A stretch of 62,855 nucleotides of DNA, filler included, from Basidiobolus ranarum (Eukaryota), in assembly GCA_040143965.1 (NCBI GenBank). It is 29 parts of 29 records of this genome, joined end to end, with 100 filler letters (N's around TTAATTAATTAA, not from the genome) between each part and the next. Parts side by side here need not be neighbours in the genome. Positions count along the whole stretch, not along the records: positions 60,792 to 62,855 come from JASJQH010010718.1; 28 more parts are not named here. One strand, 5' to 3'. Numbering within the stretch: position 1 is the first letter of the stretch; every line of letters starts with the position of its first letter. Shown in pieces: positions 60,792 to 62,855 of this stretch. The translations under genes were made by a program, and so were the position numbers. The notes under the pieces were generated by a model, which ran no database searches, was not told where the DNA came from, and saw only the letters and a list, made by a program, of their open reading frames with translations.

Positions 60792-62855
60792 CTTTTGGGT
60801 GGAATCTGTTGCTACAGCTGTAAATCTGAAGAATATGAGTTTTACTAGAAGTCTGTCTAACTCTACACCATATCAAGCTTGGTTTGGAGTTCAACCTGAT
60901 GTAAAACATTTCAGGATTTTTGGATACATTGCTTATGTCAAAGTTATGACCAAAAATGGTCTAAATTTGATCCAAAGGTAAGAAATGCATATTTCTAGGT
61001 TATTGTATTCAAACTAAGGCCTACAGACTCTATGATATGAAACTTTCCAAGTCAAGCAAGTTCAGGGATGTTTTGTTAAATGAAAATGAAAAATCTTAAC
61101 CCAAAATGACTTCAGATGATGATGAAAGCAATTTTCACCTGATCTGATCATTCAAATTGATTCAAACCAAAACAATGAAGAAAAAAAGCATTCCTGTGGA
61201 CCCATCAACCAAAATTTTGCCTACTAAAGTGCCCAATACAATGCTGGGAGTTTGATTCAAACCAAAACAATGAAGAAAATAGCATTCCTGAGGACCCTTC
61301 AACCAAAACTCTGCTTACTGTAGCTCCCATTAAAATGCCAGAAGTTGTAGTATCTTTATCCCAAACCAGGAGATCAAATTAGAGCAGAAACAGCCCTGAT
61401 TACTATATCAATGAGTCACAAAAACAGGTCTATGCCTGCACAGCTCAAATACATGAACCCAAGACTGTAAAAGAGGCCCAGAATGGCCTTGGCCTCTAGC
61501 CAACTTACAGGATGAGAGAAAATCAATTGGCTGCTGATGGATGTTTAAAGTTAAACACAACTCTGATGGCAATATAGAAAGATACAAGGCTATACTAGTT
61601 ACCAAAGGCTATCTCCAAACACCAGGAATATATTATACAAAAACTTTTCCTCCTATAGCAAAATTTAATTCCATCAGATTGATTTTAGCAATTTCAGCTA
61701 AGTATCAGCTTATTATACATCAAGTGTACGGTAAAGCTGCTTTTTTGAATGGTGAGCTTGCTGAGGAGATCTATATAGACCAGCCTGATGAATTGGTGGA
61801 CCCAGAAAACCCTGAACACAAATTGCAGACTCCGGAAAACAGTATATGGCTTGAAACAATCTCCAAGAGCTTGGAATAGCAAGATAGATACTTTTTTGAA
61901 TACACTCAGATTCCAAAAGAGTAATGCTGACTATAGTATCTATTTCAGGCCAGATAAGACAAACCCAGTTCTATTAGCCTTATATATAGATGACCTTATT
62001 ATAACAACAAATGACTTGAAGACTTTAGAGAAAACCAAATCCAGCTTAACTGCTGAATTCAAAATGATTGATCTTGGTGAACTGATGTATTATCTTGGAA
62101 TCCAAATTAAAATATATAGAACTACAAAAACAATGGCTTTAAACCATTCTAAGAATATTCTAGATACACTAAAGAAGTTTAAAATGGAAGAATGTAATCC
62201 AGTATCTATCCTAATGGAGACAAATTTAAACTTGATCAAAAATGGCTCAAATCAGTGAAGCAACAAAAGAAGCAATATGGTTAAGAAAACCCAAACCTGT
62301 GAAGCAACAAAAGAAGCAATATGGTTAAGAAAACCCTTAACAGATTGAGGTTGCTCTCAAAATTCACCAACTGTAATATTTCAAGATAATCAAAGTTGTA
62401 TCAAATTAGCTAAAAATCCCATGTTTCACAATAGAAGCAAACATATAGATATCAAGCATCACTTCATTAGAGAAACTCTAGAGAATAAGTTTATTGACTT
62501 AACTTATTGTTCTACAGAAGACATGACTGCTGATACATTAACCAAACCATAAGCTAGACAGAAATTTGAGGAATTTAGACCATTATTAGGATTGGTTTAT
62601 ATGACTATTTAGTTGAGGGAGAGTGCTGACATTAGTGTTACCTAAACACCTATATAGTCATATATAGCATAGTACTTAGTTATCATATAATTCACTAAGA
62701 TGTTATCAATTATTCTCAATTGGAATTTACTTGGAATATTTTATCCAACTTAGAAGTTCTCAGATATATAGATTTTTCAAACTTGTGCTAGAAGCCCCAA
62801 ACTTTGCACACATGTTCCAGGGACCTTCCTTAACATATTCTACATGTTAGTTTGT
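60792..62855 (+). mobile_element. Copia family B: integrase tail, RT, RNase H (with deletions), PPT, 3' LTR type B (62624-62855)
   Basis: TPYQAWFG, ERYKAILVTKG, YGLKQSPRAW, LYIDDLII, HNRSKHIDIKHHFIRE; PPT agttgagggagag. Confidence 0.92.

Noticed and set aside
1-62855. Prokaryotic systems (CRISPR, retron, defence operons)
   Set aside because: All RT and integrase motifs are LTR-retrotransposon type; there is a spliceosomal intron and no operon structure.

Overview
This is not one continuous locus. It is 29 short contigs (2077 down to 2064 bp, sorted by length) joined by 100-bp N44-TTAATTAATTAA-N44 linkers, so adjacency across linkers means nothing. The DNA is AT-rich and eukaryotic, very probably fungal (GTATGT..GCTAAC..TAG intron, peroxisomal-type malate synthase). 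It consists mostly of nested, decayed transposons: several Ty1/copia families (LTR types A-D; A, B and C have a half-tRNAiMet PBS), a Ty3/gypsy chromovirus, a multicopy CMC/EnSpm DNA transposon with CCCTA termini and a divergent second ORF, a PIF/Harbinger-ISL2EU (PHIS)-type element with its 182-bp MITE, and an LTR-like repeat that runs into a tRNA-like gene. TE sequence is visibly CpG-depleted, whereas gene islands keep CpG. The gene islands are a catalase C-terminus, a TAP-like alpha/beta hydrolase 3' end, an Elongin-A pseudogene, a small secreted Cys protein and a malate synthase C-terminus. Best leads: the tRNA-linked LTR-like element, two different CCCTA elements at the same nucleotide of copia RNase H, the uncharacterised CMC ORF2, and the PHIS parent/MITE pair with ANT flanks. 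All family calls come from motif recognition by eye; no database search was run.
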